A stretch of 63,984 bases of DNA, filler included, from Octopus bimaculoides (Eukaryota): the NCBI RefSeq assembly GCF_001194135.2. It is 7 parts of 7 records of this genome, joined end to end, with 100 filler letters (N's around TTAATTAATTAA, not from the genome) between each part and the next. Parts side by side here need not be neighbours in the genome. Positions count along the whole stretch, not along the records: positions 30,828 to 45,532 come from NC_068982.1; positions 45,633 to 50,920 come from NC_068998.1; positions 51,021 to 62,713 come from NC_068987.1; 4 more parts are not named here. One strand, given 5' to 3'. The notes beneath the pieces were generated by a model. That model worked only from the letters and a program-made list of their open reading frames with translations, ran no database searches and was not told the DNA's origin. This document shows, piece after piece, positions 39,909-53,410 of the stretch; the stretch's first letter is position 1; each line of letters starts with the position of its first letter. A program made the translations under genes and the position numbers.

Positions 39909-41009
39909 TTCATTGCATGTATTTGTGAAACGTCCAGCTTAGGACGATCTTTGCGGTGATTTTGAAGTTAAGAAAAGAATTAGCAGTCACGTAATTTTAG
40001 TTAAAATATCTACGTAATTTCAATATAGTTTGCTGTTTATCAGATGTCAGTTTTCATCCAAATAACTTATCATCAAATGAGTTACAGCCATGATTGTATA
40101 TCTCAGCTTCGCAAACATTTTTGGGCCACCTATCACTTACACATAAATACACACACGCAGCTGTATATATATTCAAAACAAGTTTCATTGAACATTCATA
40201 TAAAGACCATTTTGAATTGGCCATCGCAACATCAAAATACTTTCAAATACCAGCGATTTGGCATGTGTAGTATCTTGAGAGATTCAGTTGTATACGATTC
40301 ATTTAATGTGTATACAATACCCTTTTATTTGTTTTTTGTTGTTTTTTGTTGTTTTTTGGTGTGTTTTCCAGGGTGGGGGATAGATATAAGAGCCGCTCTA
40401 GAGTTTTGTTCTGATATGTTCATTTGCTCTTGAGAAAATTATGAAGAATTACGCTTTGCTACATCCTTCTAACTATACCTTCCTCGTTAAATTGTTTCTA
40501 TTTTTTGAGAAATTTATTGTCTTATTCGTACCGGACAGCAATGATTTTGAAATAAATATATTGACAGATACAAGCAATGAAATCTTATACACTTTATGTA
40601 AATTTGGAACCGGAGAATTTTCCCACGAATCTTTATGCTTATTTTGTGGCGTTTATTGTAGTCTACAAAGGAAACCATAATAATATGTTCAATTACTTAA
40701 TAGAACTACATTTACTGACTTCAATAATATATTTGTGGATACTATTTTGACATTTATGCGATATTTAGTATATTTTATTCTGTTAATAATATTGCTAGAA
40801 TTATTTATGTGCGTGTGTGTATTTATATATGAACACGGTGATATGTTGTGATTTAAAGGAAGCGGTCGGTTCTATTCTTGCGTAGTTTACCTTTTCTTTG
40901 TGCGCCTGCAATCCCGTTCTTTTCGTAGGAGATCGCAGCTCTGTTGTTGCAGCGATCACGCATTGGACTAATTAGCCACAGCCGGTCGCGTTGACAACGA
41001 TGGATGGAC

Positions 41010-41080
41010 GCAGTGGGACTTAACCTAGAACCATGTTGTTGGTAAGCAAGCTACATACCACACATCCACTTCTGCGCCTA
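41010..41080 (-). mobile_element. SINE family A, head only
   Basis: Reverse complement of aggcgcagaagtggatgtgtggta...ggttctaggttaagtcccactgcg. Confidence 0.8.
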
Positions 41081-41410
41081 TGATTTCTACTATTACTAAT
41101 TACTAATATATACACGAGCTTCCATGTATGTATTTACGCCAAAGTACAGTGTCAAAAATATAGACGTCATCGACATAATCGATTGGCTCTTCCAGTCTTA
41201 TATCACATTAGTCCTTGTGTACAGCTGTATTTGAGACGGAATACTTGTAGTAAATGAGGTGATAAAACAAATACAGTGAAAGAGAAATGCACGAAAATAT
41301 TTAAGACAAACCTGAAGAAAAAGCAATGCTCTTCCAAGTCAGTCAGTAAAACGTAGTTTCTTATATCGAGGAGAAGATACAAGAGTATATGCTGAACAAA
41401 TTGGGGTTGG

Positions 41411-41560
41411 ACATTATTTACATATGTCGGATATTTGTCCTCATCTAGTTTGTTGTTAACACAAGGCTTCGGCTTATATACACTCCAGCCTTCAGCAAAT
41501 GTAAATAATGTAAATTATGTGAATAATGTACATAATTCTTCATCTCTTAAATATAGAACT
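41411..41560. mobile_element. Internally deleted derivative of the fold-back hammerhead element at 56669-57163
   Basis: Left part matches 56669-56760 (minus-strand tail with degenerate HHR); right part matches 57105-57158 (aaatgtaaataat...catctcttaaatatagaact). Confidence 0.8.
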
Positions 41561-41569
41561 AAATTGAGG

Positions 41570-42250
41570 TTGAATTTTGCTGATGAAGAGCTAACTAAAG
41601 ATATAGAATTACCGTCCGATTGTGAGAAACATGAACGGTAGTTGCGCGAAAGCATGGTGGAAATTGAAGAAATAATATCTTGAATAATGCTTGTGAGACG
41701 ATGATCTGCAGCATGAACGGAAACGGTTTGCTGCAGAGCGTTGGGATCAAAATACGTATTTCGAAGACTGAGTTATTAGGGTTCTCTAAAGAAACTCTCT
41801 CCGGTGCAATCTGCATGTTATTAGAACATCAATGAGGCACATTTAAATATCTTGGAGTCGTTTCTCGCGAATGATGAGAAGAACATTGGGTTGGATACTA
41901 TAAGTGCAGATGTTTGCCCGGTAATGCACTAGCTATAGCATATTATCCTCGGAAAAGGAATGATTGGTAAAAAGATTATCAAAAGAAGTGCTATCTTCCA
42001 TTCGACTTTTACGCGTATCCTACGCCATTGTCGTGAATGTAATGTCCGATCTCGAATAATTGTGAGCACTAGCGGTCAAAACGGTGTTCTTCAGACCATT
42101 ACTCGAACGGATGCGTAGCTAGAAAAACAATGGCTACCTTAGAATGTATCCGTTATTTCCTGCCAATGAGGTCGTAGCTTCTCTGTTACGCATATGTAAT
42201 TTGAACATCTCAGGACACGATCGCAAGATAGTTTCGTGCAACCGAGCCAA
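41570..42250 (+). mobile_element. RTE-type LINE RT remnant, highly decayed
   Basis: FADE (FADD) at ~41576; FKYLGV at ~41843. Confidence 0.6.
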
Positions 42251-45200
42251 ACGGCAAGCGATCTAAGGGTTCATGTCGGTTTATTTCTTTCTCAACAAAC
42301 GGACACACGTGTCAAAGAGATTTAATCTATCACTGGTTGATCTGTATGACTAGCTTTGTCTTTTTCTTTCGTACGCAATACGAGTCACTTGTTTATTTGT
42401 TGTACAGTTCGTTACAGTTTTTAGACATTTTTAGCGCATATCCAGGAGACATTACCAAGCATGTTGCATTGAACTTGGTTGTTAATTTTATTCTCTTTTG
42501 GATTATATGAAATGTAATGCTGGGATGTAATACCATCATAGTTTTAATTTATTCATTTATATGGCATACTTTATATACTGACGATATTTCTAATGTCCTC
42601 TCTCATTTTTTTCTTTTTTTTAATGAGAAAGGGCCAATTTCTTAAAGCGTCTGTCTTCAATACACAATAGATGATATACAATACGGGAAACATTATATTA
42701 CACAGCAATACTTCATAGCAAACATGGTTTCGCAAAAGAAGAGATGTGATAATAATAGCAGTGAAAAAAAGAATGCATTTCCAAATATGTGGACATCTGT
42801 CATAAAAAAAATAGAAAGTGTAGAGAAACGTAGGATACATGAATATAATAAGTCATATAAAGTATCCAAATATAAAAAAAAGAAGTCCTGGACCTCATAA
42901 AGAAAGCGGATAATGTCTATCCCACAAAGTAATAAAATTTATCGAATTTATCCTACTTATGCAAACATACAGACTTCCTTCAACATAAGAAGGGAAATAA
43001 AAGCACGTATCAAAAATGGTCTCTAGAAACAATAAAAACATATAACGATATTTTCTAATTCGCATAGAAAAAACAAATCATAACGGAAATATATATACTG
43101 TAGATAAAATGTAACAATCGTCAAACAATGGCGATTCCCGCTCGAGCTTTTATACAAATAACACGGAAACTAACAAACTCACATCAAAAATATACTTTCA
43201 CCATAACAATAAATACAAGTAAAGCAGCTTTCTATAATTTGATGTTGACGTAAATATATCAAAACCAAGAATATAAAATCTTACACTTGATATTTATCAT
43301 ATATTTTAGGCTGAATGGTGTTGCTTCTTTGATCCCTATTAGATATCATGTTGTATAAGAGACCTTCTTGCACCTAGCTTCACCCTGATCAAGCAAAACA
43401 ATAATAAAACGTGCTCCAGTCAAGAAAATGTGTATATCAAGGGTGACTAGAATGCATTATTAAATACTTCAGTCCGTTTTTCTATAAGGCTGGATGCTAG
43501 ATATTTATGATTCGATTTTTTATGACTAAAAAGTCTATGCTTTTGTGAGACTAATTCGCTGTTATACTTCTTGAAAAGCTGCAAGCTGACAGATGCATAA
43601 AGACATACCATAATCCTTTAACAATATTTTATGCAATAAAAGCGTTTACTGAGGGACTGGCCATATTTATACCTAGGTTGTGGATATGTATATTACAAGC
43701 ATAACAGAGGAGAGGCATGTGAAGCGACTGCGCTTGTAGCCTGAAACAAGTCAGTTGCGAAAAGCATAAATATTCTTGTACCTGAAGAGTAACAAATTTT
43801 TAAAAATGACTTCGTACTCGATTCATTTACGAGTGATTTTGTGTGACATTACGATAAATATTTATATATAATTTCTTACATGCGACCGTGGGAAATGTAC
43901 CATATTAGTTGTATTTACGTATCGTACGTGGGATCAATACACACTTGAGTCACAGTTTTGCTCTCTTTGAGCTTCAGCGGATAAAGCAACAGCACAGAAG
44001 AAATAATTTAGGTTACAGAGAAGAAATTTTCTTTCTGTAGTATTCATTCACATTTTACGCTATTTCAAATATAATACTTTGTGCTCCGTGTCACTTTCAT
44101 GTTCGTATTTTATACCGGTTTATGCTGTGCTAAAAGTAACACAATTCTTGCATAATAAAAGCTAGGAGAGACAGTACTGAATACTTAAGATGTGCTTTTC
44201 TTATGGATCAGAATATTATCGTATACTTGGTTTGCTGAATTCAATGTTGTTCATGTCATTGCATTTTCGTCTTCATCTGAAGCGCAATTAAGCATCGTCT
44301 ATTTGTTATTCAGATAGAGTACTTCCATTTTATTCACACTCTTCTTATACTTGCAGGCATAATCATAAAAAAAACGTTGGTATATATTCCTCCCGCAAAT
44401 GAATTACGATATCCCAATTAGAGAAATATTATATTCCACACAATAACACAACACCTGCACAATGGATGATGGCAACCTCCTTTAAAACTAAGAGTAATGC
44501 CTTTGAATATCTTTAATATATTTGTTTGTATTATTCGATATGTATTTGTGCATATTTGTGAACTGTTTCTCTCTCTACTCTATATTATCTTCTGGAAGAA
44601 CGACTTTTAAAAACTGTGGGATCAAGGATCTCTTTTTCACTTTCTTGACCTTGCGCATCGCATTCAGTTTTGCGATTATATTTTTGTATTAAGTTTCGGT
44701 CATGAGGAAGCATCATATTTTCGTAGAATTTCGTACACCGACTGAAAATGTCCGACAAGATAATATACGTGTTCCACTCGTAATTAAAACGGATTTAATG
44801 CAAAACCAGAAAAGACAATAGGCATATAAAATTGTAGTTAATCTTGAGTATTCTATTTTTGATTGTAGACTATCATTTCACGTTAGTCCACTTGAATCCA
44901 GCAGCGAAAAGTTGTTTCCTAAGGCACTCATTTACTAGATATCTGTAATCCTTCTTCGTTATTTGGCAAATATGGTTGTATTCCATCTAGGGGGTTTACT
45001 ATATTAGTTACTCAGAATTGTACTACCTCATGGTAAACTTTGTGTTAAATGTAATCCATGAATGTCGCAGTACGCGAATTGAATTCTAAATACAATGTTT
45101 TCTTTAGTTTATGCAAGGTATTTCATTTATTATTCAATAGATATAACATTAATATAACAAATTAAGTTTTATTACTATCATTATTACAATTATTTTTGTT

Positions 45201-45370
45201 TGGTTCAGGTTTGGTCCTATACCAGGAAGAACTTATGTGGATGGTGGGTTACTACCTGTAACCTTAGGTATCTACAAGTTTTCAGGAGACTTTCAAGTGC
45301 TTAGAATCCTTCTGATATCCCTTGATGTCTCTAAGGGACAAACTTTTTGTACGAGCTCTACTGAGCATTC

Positions 45371-45374
<4 letters not shown>

Positions 45375-45407
<33 letters not shown>

Positions 45408-45476
45408 ATTATTATTATTGTTGTTGTTGTTGTTGTTATTATTATTATTATTATTATCATTATTATTATTATTATG

Positions 45477-45532
<56 letters not shown>
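45375..45532. repeat. (ATT)n/(GTT)n microsatellite
   Basis: Direct inspection. Confidence 0.95.
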
Positions 45533-46157
45533 NNNNNNNNNNNNNNNNNNNNNNNNNNNNNNNNNNNNNNNNNNNNTTAATTAATTAANNNNNNNNNNNN
45601 NNNNNNNNNNNNNNNNNNNNNNNNNNNNNNNNTATACACACATATATACAAACATATATACATATATAAATACACATATATAGACAGATACATATATACA
45701 CACATATATATACACATATATACGCATATATATACACACAAATCTACACACATATATACATACATATACACATATATACACACATATACATATATATACA
45801 TCTATATACACATACATATAGACATACATATTCACATATATATACACACATATATGTACACGTATATACACATACATATAGGGAGAATTCACAAAAAAAC
45901 AAAAGACGAAGACAGGTGGTGTAGAAAACTTGATATGTAGAAAAGGTTTCACCCAATTTTTCTAACTTAGAGGATGCAAAATCCTGCCGTTTCCTTTTCA
46001 TGTCAACTCATGCCAACTTTTCCCTGAAGGACTGTTCAAACTGTTGGATTTTTCCACTCCTCATGGCAAGCTCACTAAATAATACAAGACTTGTTGATGC
46101 ATACCAATACCAGTCTCTTTGAAGCCTGTTTGATCATTCATATATATCTATATATAT

Positions 46158-46256
46158 AACGTGAAGTATATTTGCCACTTAAATGCGGCTAACCCCTAAG
46201 GGTGAATGCTACCCTTAGGGGTTAGCCGCATTTAAGTGGCAAATATACTTCACGTT
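46158..46256. repeat. Perfect inverted repeat, 46-bp arms, 7-nt loop
   Basis: AACGTGAAGTATATTTGCCACTTAAATGCGGCTAACCCCTAAGGGT (46158-46203), loop GAATGCT, exact reverse complement (46211-46256); (TA)n nearby on both sides. Confidence 0.97.
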
Positions 46257-46301
46257 GTCGTGCTGCTACTGTTTATACCTCGTTCAGAGATTTATTATTG
46301 C

Positions 46302-46332
<31 letters not shown>

Positions 46333-46333
46333 C

Positions 46334-46505
46334 TGGTTTGGACATGTGATGCATATGAATGAGGACAACTGCATAAAGAAATGCCGATCACTGAAAGTAG
46401 ATGGTACCTGAGGAAGAGGGAGACCCAGGAAGACGTGAGATGAAGTGGTAAGGCCCAATCTCAGAATGTTGGGCCTCACAGAGGAAATGACAATGGACCA
46501 AGATG
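46334..46505 (+). mobile_element. RTE LINE ORF C-terminal fragment
   Basis: WFGHVMHMNEDNCIKKCRSLKVDGT*GRGRPRKT*DEVV is the typical RTE C-terminus. Confidence 0.88.
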
Positions 46506-46559
46506 ACCCACCCACGTCAGCAAAACTGAATTGTAGAAGTGCTGTGTGTCCCACCCCCA

Positions 46560-47184
46560 CTTAACAAGAAAACTTCTCGCACAGTCTATCACAACAAACC
46601 AAACTACATCTCTGCATCTCTTCTCTTCCTCACATTTCCACTTCATGCACTATGCTTACCTCCTACTCCCTAATCCGGACCTCTTGGCCCTGTGCCACTG
46701 TATCATTGTTCTCCGCTAGCCCCTGACCTGTGTGTTCCACCCACATGCCCTGTCTCACTGTATTATTGCTATATGCTAGCCCCTGACCTGTGTGTTCCAC
46801 CCACACATAAGAAAATGTTTCACTCACCCTACCCCAAAAACCAATCAACATCTCTTCTCTCCCTCACATTTCCTCCTTCATATACTATGCCTGGCTCTCA
46901 CTCCCCCGTTTCCCTGTATCATTGCTATCCGGGAGCTGCCAGACTCTATATACTCAGGTTTTCGCCACTACCCCAGTCCATGCTCTTTAATCACACTTCC
47001 TTCACAATATCTTGCCACTTATATTATGGTGTTCAAACCTCAAGGGTATGCCCTGGCACTTGCCACCATCTATATCTCTCTCCTCCTTTACTCAACCATC
47101 TCATTTATATTCTGATCCCTGTTCCTTGTGAGTATGCCTGGCATTTTACCACTATCTCTATCCTGCTGTCTCTCACTCACTCAC

Positions 47185-47242
<58 letters not shown>

Positions 47243-47400
47243 TCACTTTCCTCAGGTTGGGTAACCATGTACTTCTTTTGCAGTAGCACATCTGTTTCTA
47301 TTTCCATTCCTGATCTCTCTCTCTGGCAAGGTAACCTTGTACTTTCTCTTCAGCAAGACACCTGTTTCTGTCTTTCTGTCTCACTATAACTTTTCATCAT
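46560..47400. repeat. Pyrimidine-rich unclassified repeat with ~60-bp tandem duplication (46697-46810) and (CT)n
   Basis: gctagcccctgacctgtgtgttccacccac occurs twice; strong C/T skew. Confidence 0.5.
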
Positions 47401-47429
47401 CCAACACAAGATCACCTCCTTCAGTGCCC

Positions 47430-47710
47430 CTCCCCTCTTGAATTTTTTTTTGGTCTTGCAAGTTACTTGGTGACCCTGTCAGTGCAGGTGCCACTTAAAG
47501 TGGTTGGGGTTCAGAAGGGCATCTAGCTGTAAAAACCTTGCCAAAACTGACCTAGCCTGTGCTACATAAAAAGCACTAAGTCCTCTCTGCTGAGTGGTTG
47601 ATGTAAAAATCCTGCCAAAACTGTCACAGAAGTCTGATACTTGCTTCTGCTTGGCTGGCTTTTGTGAAGTAAGACATTAAACAATAATGATGATGATGAT
47701 GATGATGATA
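47430..47710 (+). mobile_element. Family C repeat, sense orientation with (GAT)n tail
   Basis: gaagggcatctagctgtaaaaaccttgccaaa is the reverse complement of the family C core; ends gacattaaacaataatgatgatgat. Confidence 0.75.
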
Positions 47711-48429
47711 TATAATGGTCATGAAAAAGACTATAGTGACAGAAAAAAAAAGCAAAGGCACCACATAATAGCTTCTTATACTGGGAGGATAGCTTAGGGA
47801 GGTTGGTGGATAGGCATTTATCGAGGACATTATTTTTCTACAAAAAGTTATGTGGTTCAACAAATAGATACACATCCAGCAAAATCAAGCATCATCAGTA
47901 GGTTTCCTTGCAACAGTAAGTAATAATAATGATAGCAATCTTAGAAATCGGAATTATAATCCTGATCTTAACAACAGCAGACACTGGCAAATCACTAAAT
48001 CAACCACCCAGTCACAGCAACACACTCTGTAACAACAATATTGGAATGAAAGAAACTCTGTCATAATAAAGACGCCAATGACTTGTGGAGGTGACCAGGA
48101 GAGAAATGCACAGAATAAAATCATCTGTTAAGAATGGACATGCAAAGGTGGTGTCCTTGCTAAGTATTCCAATGGAATAAGAGTAAAATAAAATAAAGAA
48201 CAATAGGATAAAATTAAATAGAATAGAAAGAAAATAAAATAAAGGGCCACCCATTCTTATAGAAAGTTTGTATGACTCCAATATTGTGAACAACAAAGAG
48301 TAACCCATAGAAAAGGTGATCCATGAAAGATAATCTATAAGAGGCAGTCCATAAAGTTGATGTAACTCATAGACAAGAACCAAGCTATTGGAAGCAGAAT
48401 ACAATTCCTGACACATTAAGCTTACAGAG

Positions 48430-48800
48430 ACTAGATTAGCATTTTAGAAAAGAAGCAAGTAACAGGAGCAACTGTCAACAACCAGTGTTGGGGCATTCTG
48501 AAAAGGGCGATTAGACTAGAAGTGATAAGTAAAGAAACGACAATAGAAAGAAAGTGAGTGAGTAAATTAGAAGAGATGATTAGTAAAGATGTCACAACCT
48601 ATGTACTACCAATGAGAATGGTCCTCAACCGTTTCTTCAATGCAAAACACAAAGGCTGCATTGTCAGAGCTAAGGCACATGCTCTAAGACACCAACGAAT
48701 GAAAGCCATTCGATGGGCTCAGGTGGCAGATGCACAATATGGCAACAAAGCCACAACTGGGTATTTGAGGGTCCAAAACAAGCATGTGCTACTCAAGTCC
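48430..48800 (+). mobile_element. L1/Tx1-like LINE ORF2 linker fragment
   Basis: LNRFFNAKHKGCIVRAKAHALRHQRMKAIRWAQ resembles the L1/Tx1 KGxxxRSRxxW linker between endonuclease and RT. Confidence 0.55.
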
Positions 48801-49319
48801 AAGTAAATATATGAGGATTTCCAGTGGTACTATGCTCAACTATTAAGGTGAGACAGTGATGAACTTTAGTGGTAACTTCAACTCTTGGTAGAAGATATGA
48901 AGTGCTGCAAAGAGCCAATAACATCAACCAAGATACATGAGGCAATTAACGGCTGTACAGGGTGAAAATTGCTTATGAGTGTGTGTGACTGCACAGGCTT
49001 TGAACATACACAAGTACAAGCATATGTGTGTGTGTGAATGAGAAGTATTAAGAACAATGTATGAATCTTTGTCCAGTAATTTTTGTGCGCCTCAGTCTTT
49101 GCCTTCATTATTACTATTATTATTATCAGTTTTATTAATACAACTTTTACTGGTGTTACTACCATTGTTACTGTACTACTACTGTTACTACGGTGGATGG
49201 AGTCAAATGTCTTTGAGAAATCAATAAACTGTAATACTGCTTCAAGATTTCTGGCTTTTACTCCTTCCAGTAAACAATGAACTGTAAATATTTGTCCAAC
49301 AGTTGGTCTAATTTTTTTT

Positions 49320-49940
49320 CTAAATCAAGTTGATGCAGCTTTCATGTACCTCAGTCCTGAAATAGCCTCAACTGAAAAGGATATAAAAACTCTGACAGCC
49401 AAAGCATGGTCAACCCTAAACAAACTAGATGTTGTCTGGAAATCAACCTCGTCAGGCAGGGTTCTCCAGCAACATTAAGGAAAAAATTCCTTAAGAGGAA
49501 TTTTTTTCCATGCAACAGTAGAGTCAGTCCTTTTATATGGAACAGTACCTTGGATGTTTACCAAAAAACTGGAATCCAATTTGAATGGGAGTTGCACCCA
49601 AATGTTAAGAGCAATCTTAAACATATCTTGGAGAGCTCATCCCACCAAAAAATAGCTATGTGATGATTTCCTGCCTGCTTCTATTATTATAAGGGAAAGG
49701 TGCTTTCATCTTGCAGGACATTGCTGGTTAGCTAAACAAGAGCTGGTAAGTGACCTATAGCTATGCACGCCAAAGCAAGGCCATACTCAAGCAGATTGTC
49801 TGAACCCAACATATATAGATCAACTCACCAGAGACATTGGATGCCTCCCTGAAGACCTCCTGCAACTAATGCAGGGCCAAGATGGATGGCGTGCACAGGT
49901 CAAAAATATCCAAGCAAGCTTAACCAGATGATGATGATGG
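49320..49940 (+). mobile_element. RTE(-X)-type LINE 3' fragment with (ATG)n tail
   Basis: FMYLSPEIASTEKDIK...KAWSTLNKLDVVWKS; ATVESVLLYG..W..TKKLESNLNG.CTQMLRAILNISW.AHPT; LAGHCW. Confidence 0.88.
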
Positions 49941-50374
49941 TGCGTGTGTGTGTGTGCCTGTGTGGGTATGTATGTATGGGTGTATTTATTTTTTTGATAT
50001 CATAAGAGTATCTCAAAGTACACACAAAGCTATAAATGGTTTATAACTTTGTGTGCATTTTCAGATATTCCAAAAAAGCATGTCTGTATGTATGTGTGTA
50101 TATGTTTGTGTCATGCTGTTTACACACTGCATAAAAACAGTGTCGCTGACAATAGTTTTTGCTTACAATCTTCCACAAAAGTATTTTCAATCATTGAGCT
50201 GTTTGTCATTTGAAGGAATGGTGGGATGGAGGAATAGCACCTTACTTTGAAACAAGAGTTGGCAACAGGAAGAGCATCTTAAAAGAAAACTGCCTCAATA
50301 AGTTTCACCTTACAAATATATCAGAATGGAAAATGGATATTAAAACAATAATGATGAAGAACATATACATACTC

Positions 50375-50735
50375 TTTTACCCGTTTCAGTCATTTAACTG
50401 CGGTCATGCTGGAGCACTACCTTTAGTTGAACAAATCGACCCCAGGACTTATTCTTTGTAAGCCTGGTATTTATCTAATTGGTCTGTTTTGCAGAAACCA
50501 CTAAGTTATGTGGACATAAACACACCAACATGTGTTGTCAAGCAATGATTGGGGAAACAAACGCACATATATGATGGGCTTCTTTCAGTTTCCGTCTACC
50601 AAATCCAATCACAAGGCTTTGTTCGACCCGAGGCTATAGTAGAAGACACTTGCCCAAAGTGCCACACAGTGGGACTGAACCTGGAACCAGGTGATTGGTA
50701 AGCAAGCTACTTACCACACAGCCACTCCTGCTCCT
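50375..50735 (-). mobile_element. SINE family A, essentially full-length
   Basis: Reverse complement of the 7863 head plus 3' region (gtcgatttgttcaactaaaggtagtgctccagcatgaccgcag...tgactgaaacgg). Confidence 0.92.
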
Positions 50736-50747
50736 ATATTTTATATA

Positions 50748-50920
50748 TCATCATCATCATCATCATCGTTTAACGTCCGCTTTCCATGCTAGCATGGGTT
50801 GGACGATTTGACTGAGGACTGGTGAAACCGGATGGCAACACCAGGCTCCAGTCTGATTTGGCAGAGTTTCTACAGCTGGATGCCCTTCCTAACGCCAACC
50901 ACTCAGAGAGTGTAGTGGGT
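50748..50920 (-). mobile_element. Family C repeat, runs into gap
   Basis: Near-identical to 60727-60900. Confidence 0.9.
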
Positions 50921-51020
50921 NNNNNNNNNNNNNNNNNNNNNNNNNNNNNNNNNNNNNNNNNNNNTTAATTAATTAANNNNNNNNNNNNNNNNNNNNNNNN
51001 NNNNNNNNNNNNNNNNNNNN

Positions 51021-51094
<74 letters not shown>

Positions 51095-51390
51095 GATCTA
51101 CTCATCTACAGGAGGCAGTGAGTGAATCTTTCCTTAAGCAGGCGAATGGCTTGGTATGAGATGTAGTGCGTATCTTTGCAGCCTTAGTACTGTTCCAGAA
51201 ATGTGAGTAACGCTCTATTGGGTGGCATACTTTGAGCTGGTATTTAAATATTGTCAATATTCCCACCTACAGGACGTGTAATGTTATATAAAGTTTTAGT
51301 ATATTAAGACACATAATTTTAGTATATTAAGTTTTTGTATATTAAGACACATAATTGATTTTATATTTCATCATTCGTATTTAAATTAAA

Positions 51391-51600
51391 GCTGCGAGCT
51401 TTCAGAATCCTTGCCGAGTCAAGCAAAGTGCTTAGTAGCATATCTGCTGGTTTTACGTCCTGAGTTCAAATGTCGCTGAGGTCCACTTCGTCTTTCGTCT
51501 TTTCGGCATCGATAAAATAAGTACCAGTTGAGCACTAGGTTTGATATAATTGATTAGCTCCCTTCTCCCAAAATTGTTAGCCTTGTGCCAAAATAAGAAA
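51391..51600 (+). mobile_element. SINE family B, diverged
   Basis: ctgagttcaaatgtcgctgaggtc...tcgataaaataagtaccagttgagcact. Confidence 0.8.
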
Positions 51601-51829
51601 GGATTATTACCATTAAATTGAAATAGAAATATCAAGTGATAAGGTTGTCTTAAACATAATATTGATGTTCTTCTCAATATGTTCTAGTGTTCTGTTCTTC
51701 GGCTGAAGAAATACTCAGACCTAGGGCTTGATACATGTTGACCTAGTTGTTACGTTGTGGTGGTTTAGTCCAGGTCAACTCCGTTCAAGCAGATCTATGA
51801 TCGAAGGTCTTCTAACACTGATCATTCTT

Positions 51830-52870
51830 GTCTCTTTTAATGGTATTACCTAACGTGTCGTTGGCATTTGTGGGAAAGTAGGTGTAATTTGAGGGAAATT
51901 TTTTACTATTTCTAAGGTGTCTACCGACTACCCGAAGACTGTTTCGTTCGCTCGTATTGAGATTAACAGCATTTCCATGTTCTAAGGGACACAAACACCA
52001 TTAATACTTTAAAGCTAACCCTTTATTTAAGAGTAGCCATCTTTTAATGATATGGGGTACACTGCTGTTTTCAAAATCCAGTTGTATATTGTTAGCCTTG
52101 TATGTAATAATCTTGTATTTATTAAATAGGTAATCAAGTTAATGAAAATTGTTCTTAAAATGAGTTCACGATATTCTTGTCTTTATGCCTTGAGGAAACT
52201 GATATCTTACGAGACAGGTAAGGGTTTTACAAATAGGTGTGCTTACATTTATTAAAGATGATGGATTATACTGCATGGTATTTTTGCTGTTCGTTCTCCT
52301 TTTGGGTCATGTATGTCTATGAAATTTAATAGCTTCTTTGAAACCACTTACTAGATACCAGTACATTATTACATGAAATCGCTACTCTTTCAATTATGCA
52401 AGGGCATAAGAGGTTGCCGAAATTCGTTTGCTCAAATTAGTGGATAAATTTCTAAGAATACACATTTAATGATTCAAATAGTTGTCTATTTATAAAACTG
52501 CGTGGCTTGGTTTTTATGTATGATTGGAATTTTTTTGTCATCAAGGCTGAGTACTACATCTAAGAAATTGACTATTTTCAGATAACTACTTACTTGTAAT
52601 CTTTAAGTTCAGGTCGTTAAACAGTTTGTGTATGTATTTCTTGAATTTACCTGCCTGCTAAAGCGTTTAATATTTTTGACGATTAATTGACCATCGTCTC
52701 GATAAATTCCTCGTTTAATGGTGTGGAACTTGCTGTAAAGTAACTCTAGAATATATATTCCAAATAGGCTTGAAATTTCTTCGGAATGTCTAGTTCTCAT
52801 GATTATAGCAAACAGATCTACGCTACGTTTTTCCAAGATTATGTTTTTCTTAAATAAGTGGGTCTACTTT
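51830..52870 (-). mobile_element. Penelope-like element RT (and possible GIY-YIG) remnant
   Basis: EEISSLFGIYILELL...GIYRDDGQLIVKN matches the PLE pattern (GAEIxELVGxYIL...GxYRDDGL); the downstream part is decayed. Confidence 0.65.
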
Positions 52871-53410
52871 CTGGCGTGAATTATTATTTTTATGTTGCTA
52901 TCTCTCTGATAGTAGTATGGAGTTTTGAGATTTCTAGAGCCCTTGGTAATAGATATTTAGTGATAGATGTGTAGTAGTCACTTTTATTAAAATAGATGAA
53001 TTGATATTCTTGTTTAATAAACACCTATAGTAACTGCTATTATGTTGTTCAGGCAGACACATAAATGCTTATGACTCAGCATAAACACAACAACGTTCAC
53101 ATGCATATTTATACACTTGCGTACACAACAAACCGCTCAACCCCAAAACATTAACACACATTCGCATGAACACCACAGCAAGCAGTTCAGAACAGTACAC
53201 AGATAAACAAACGTATACATACATATACTTCAATAGATACAAAGATGTACAAATACACACAAGAACACACTCAAACATACAGACAGACATAGAAACGTCA
53301 CAAAGATATCGGCCTATAAGAACGTATGTCTCGCAATTAAAACAATGTAAAAAAAAAAAAAAAGGCTTTGCTTGAATTATTCTTTTAGGAATCAATATAT
53401 GCAGGTGGAA

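Noticed and set aside
42571-42840. 89-aa hydrophobic minus-strand ORF with a good-looking acceptor (ttttttatgacag)
   Set aside because: The F/I/L/Y richness is expected from AT-rich DNA; there is no convincing donor, no recognisable family and no compositional contrast.
46692-47264. 190-aa ORF, the longest gap-free ORF in the track
   Set aside because: It lies in a C/T-skewed repeat with a tandem duplication and (CT)n; stop avoidance is compositional.
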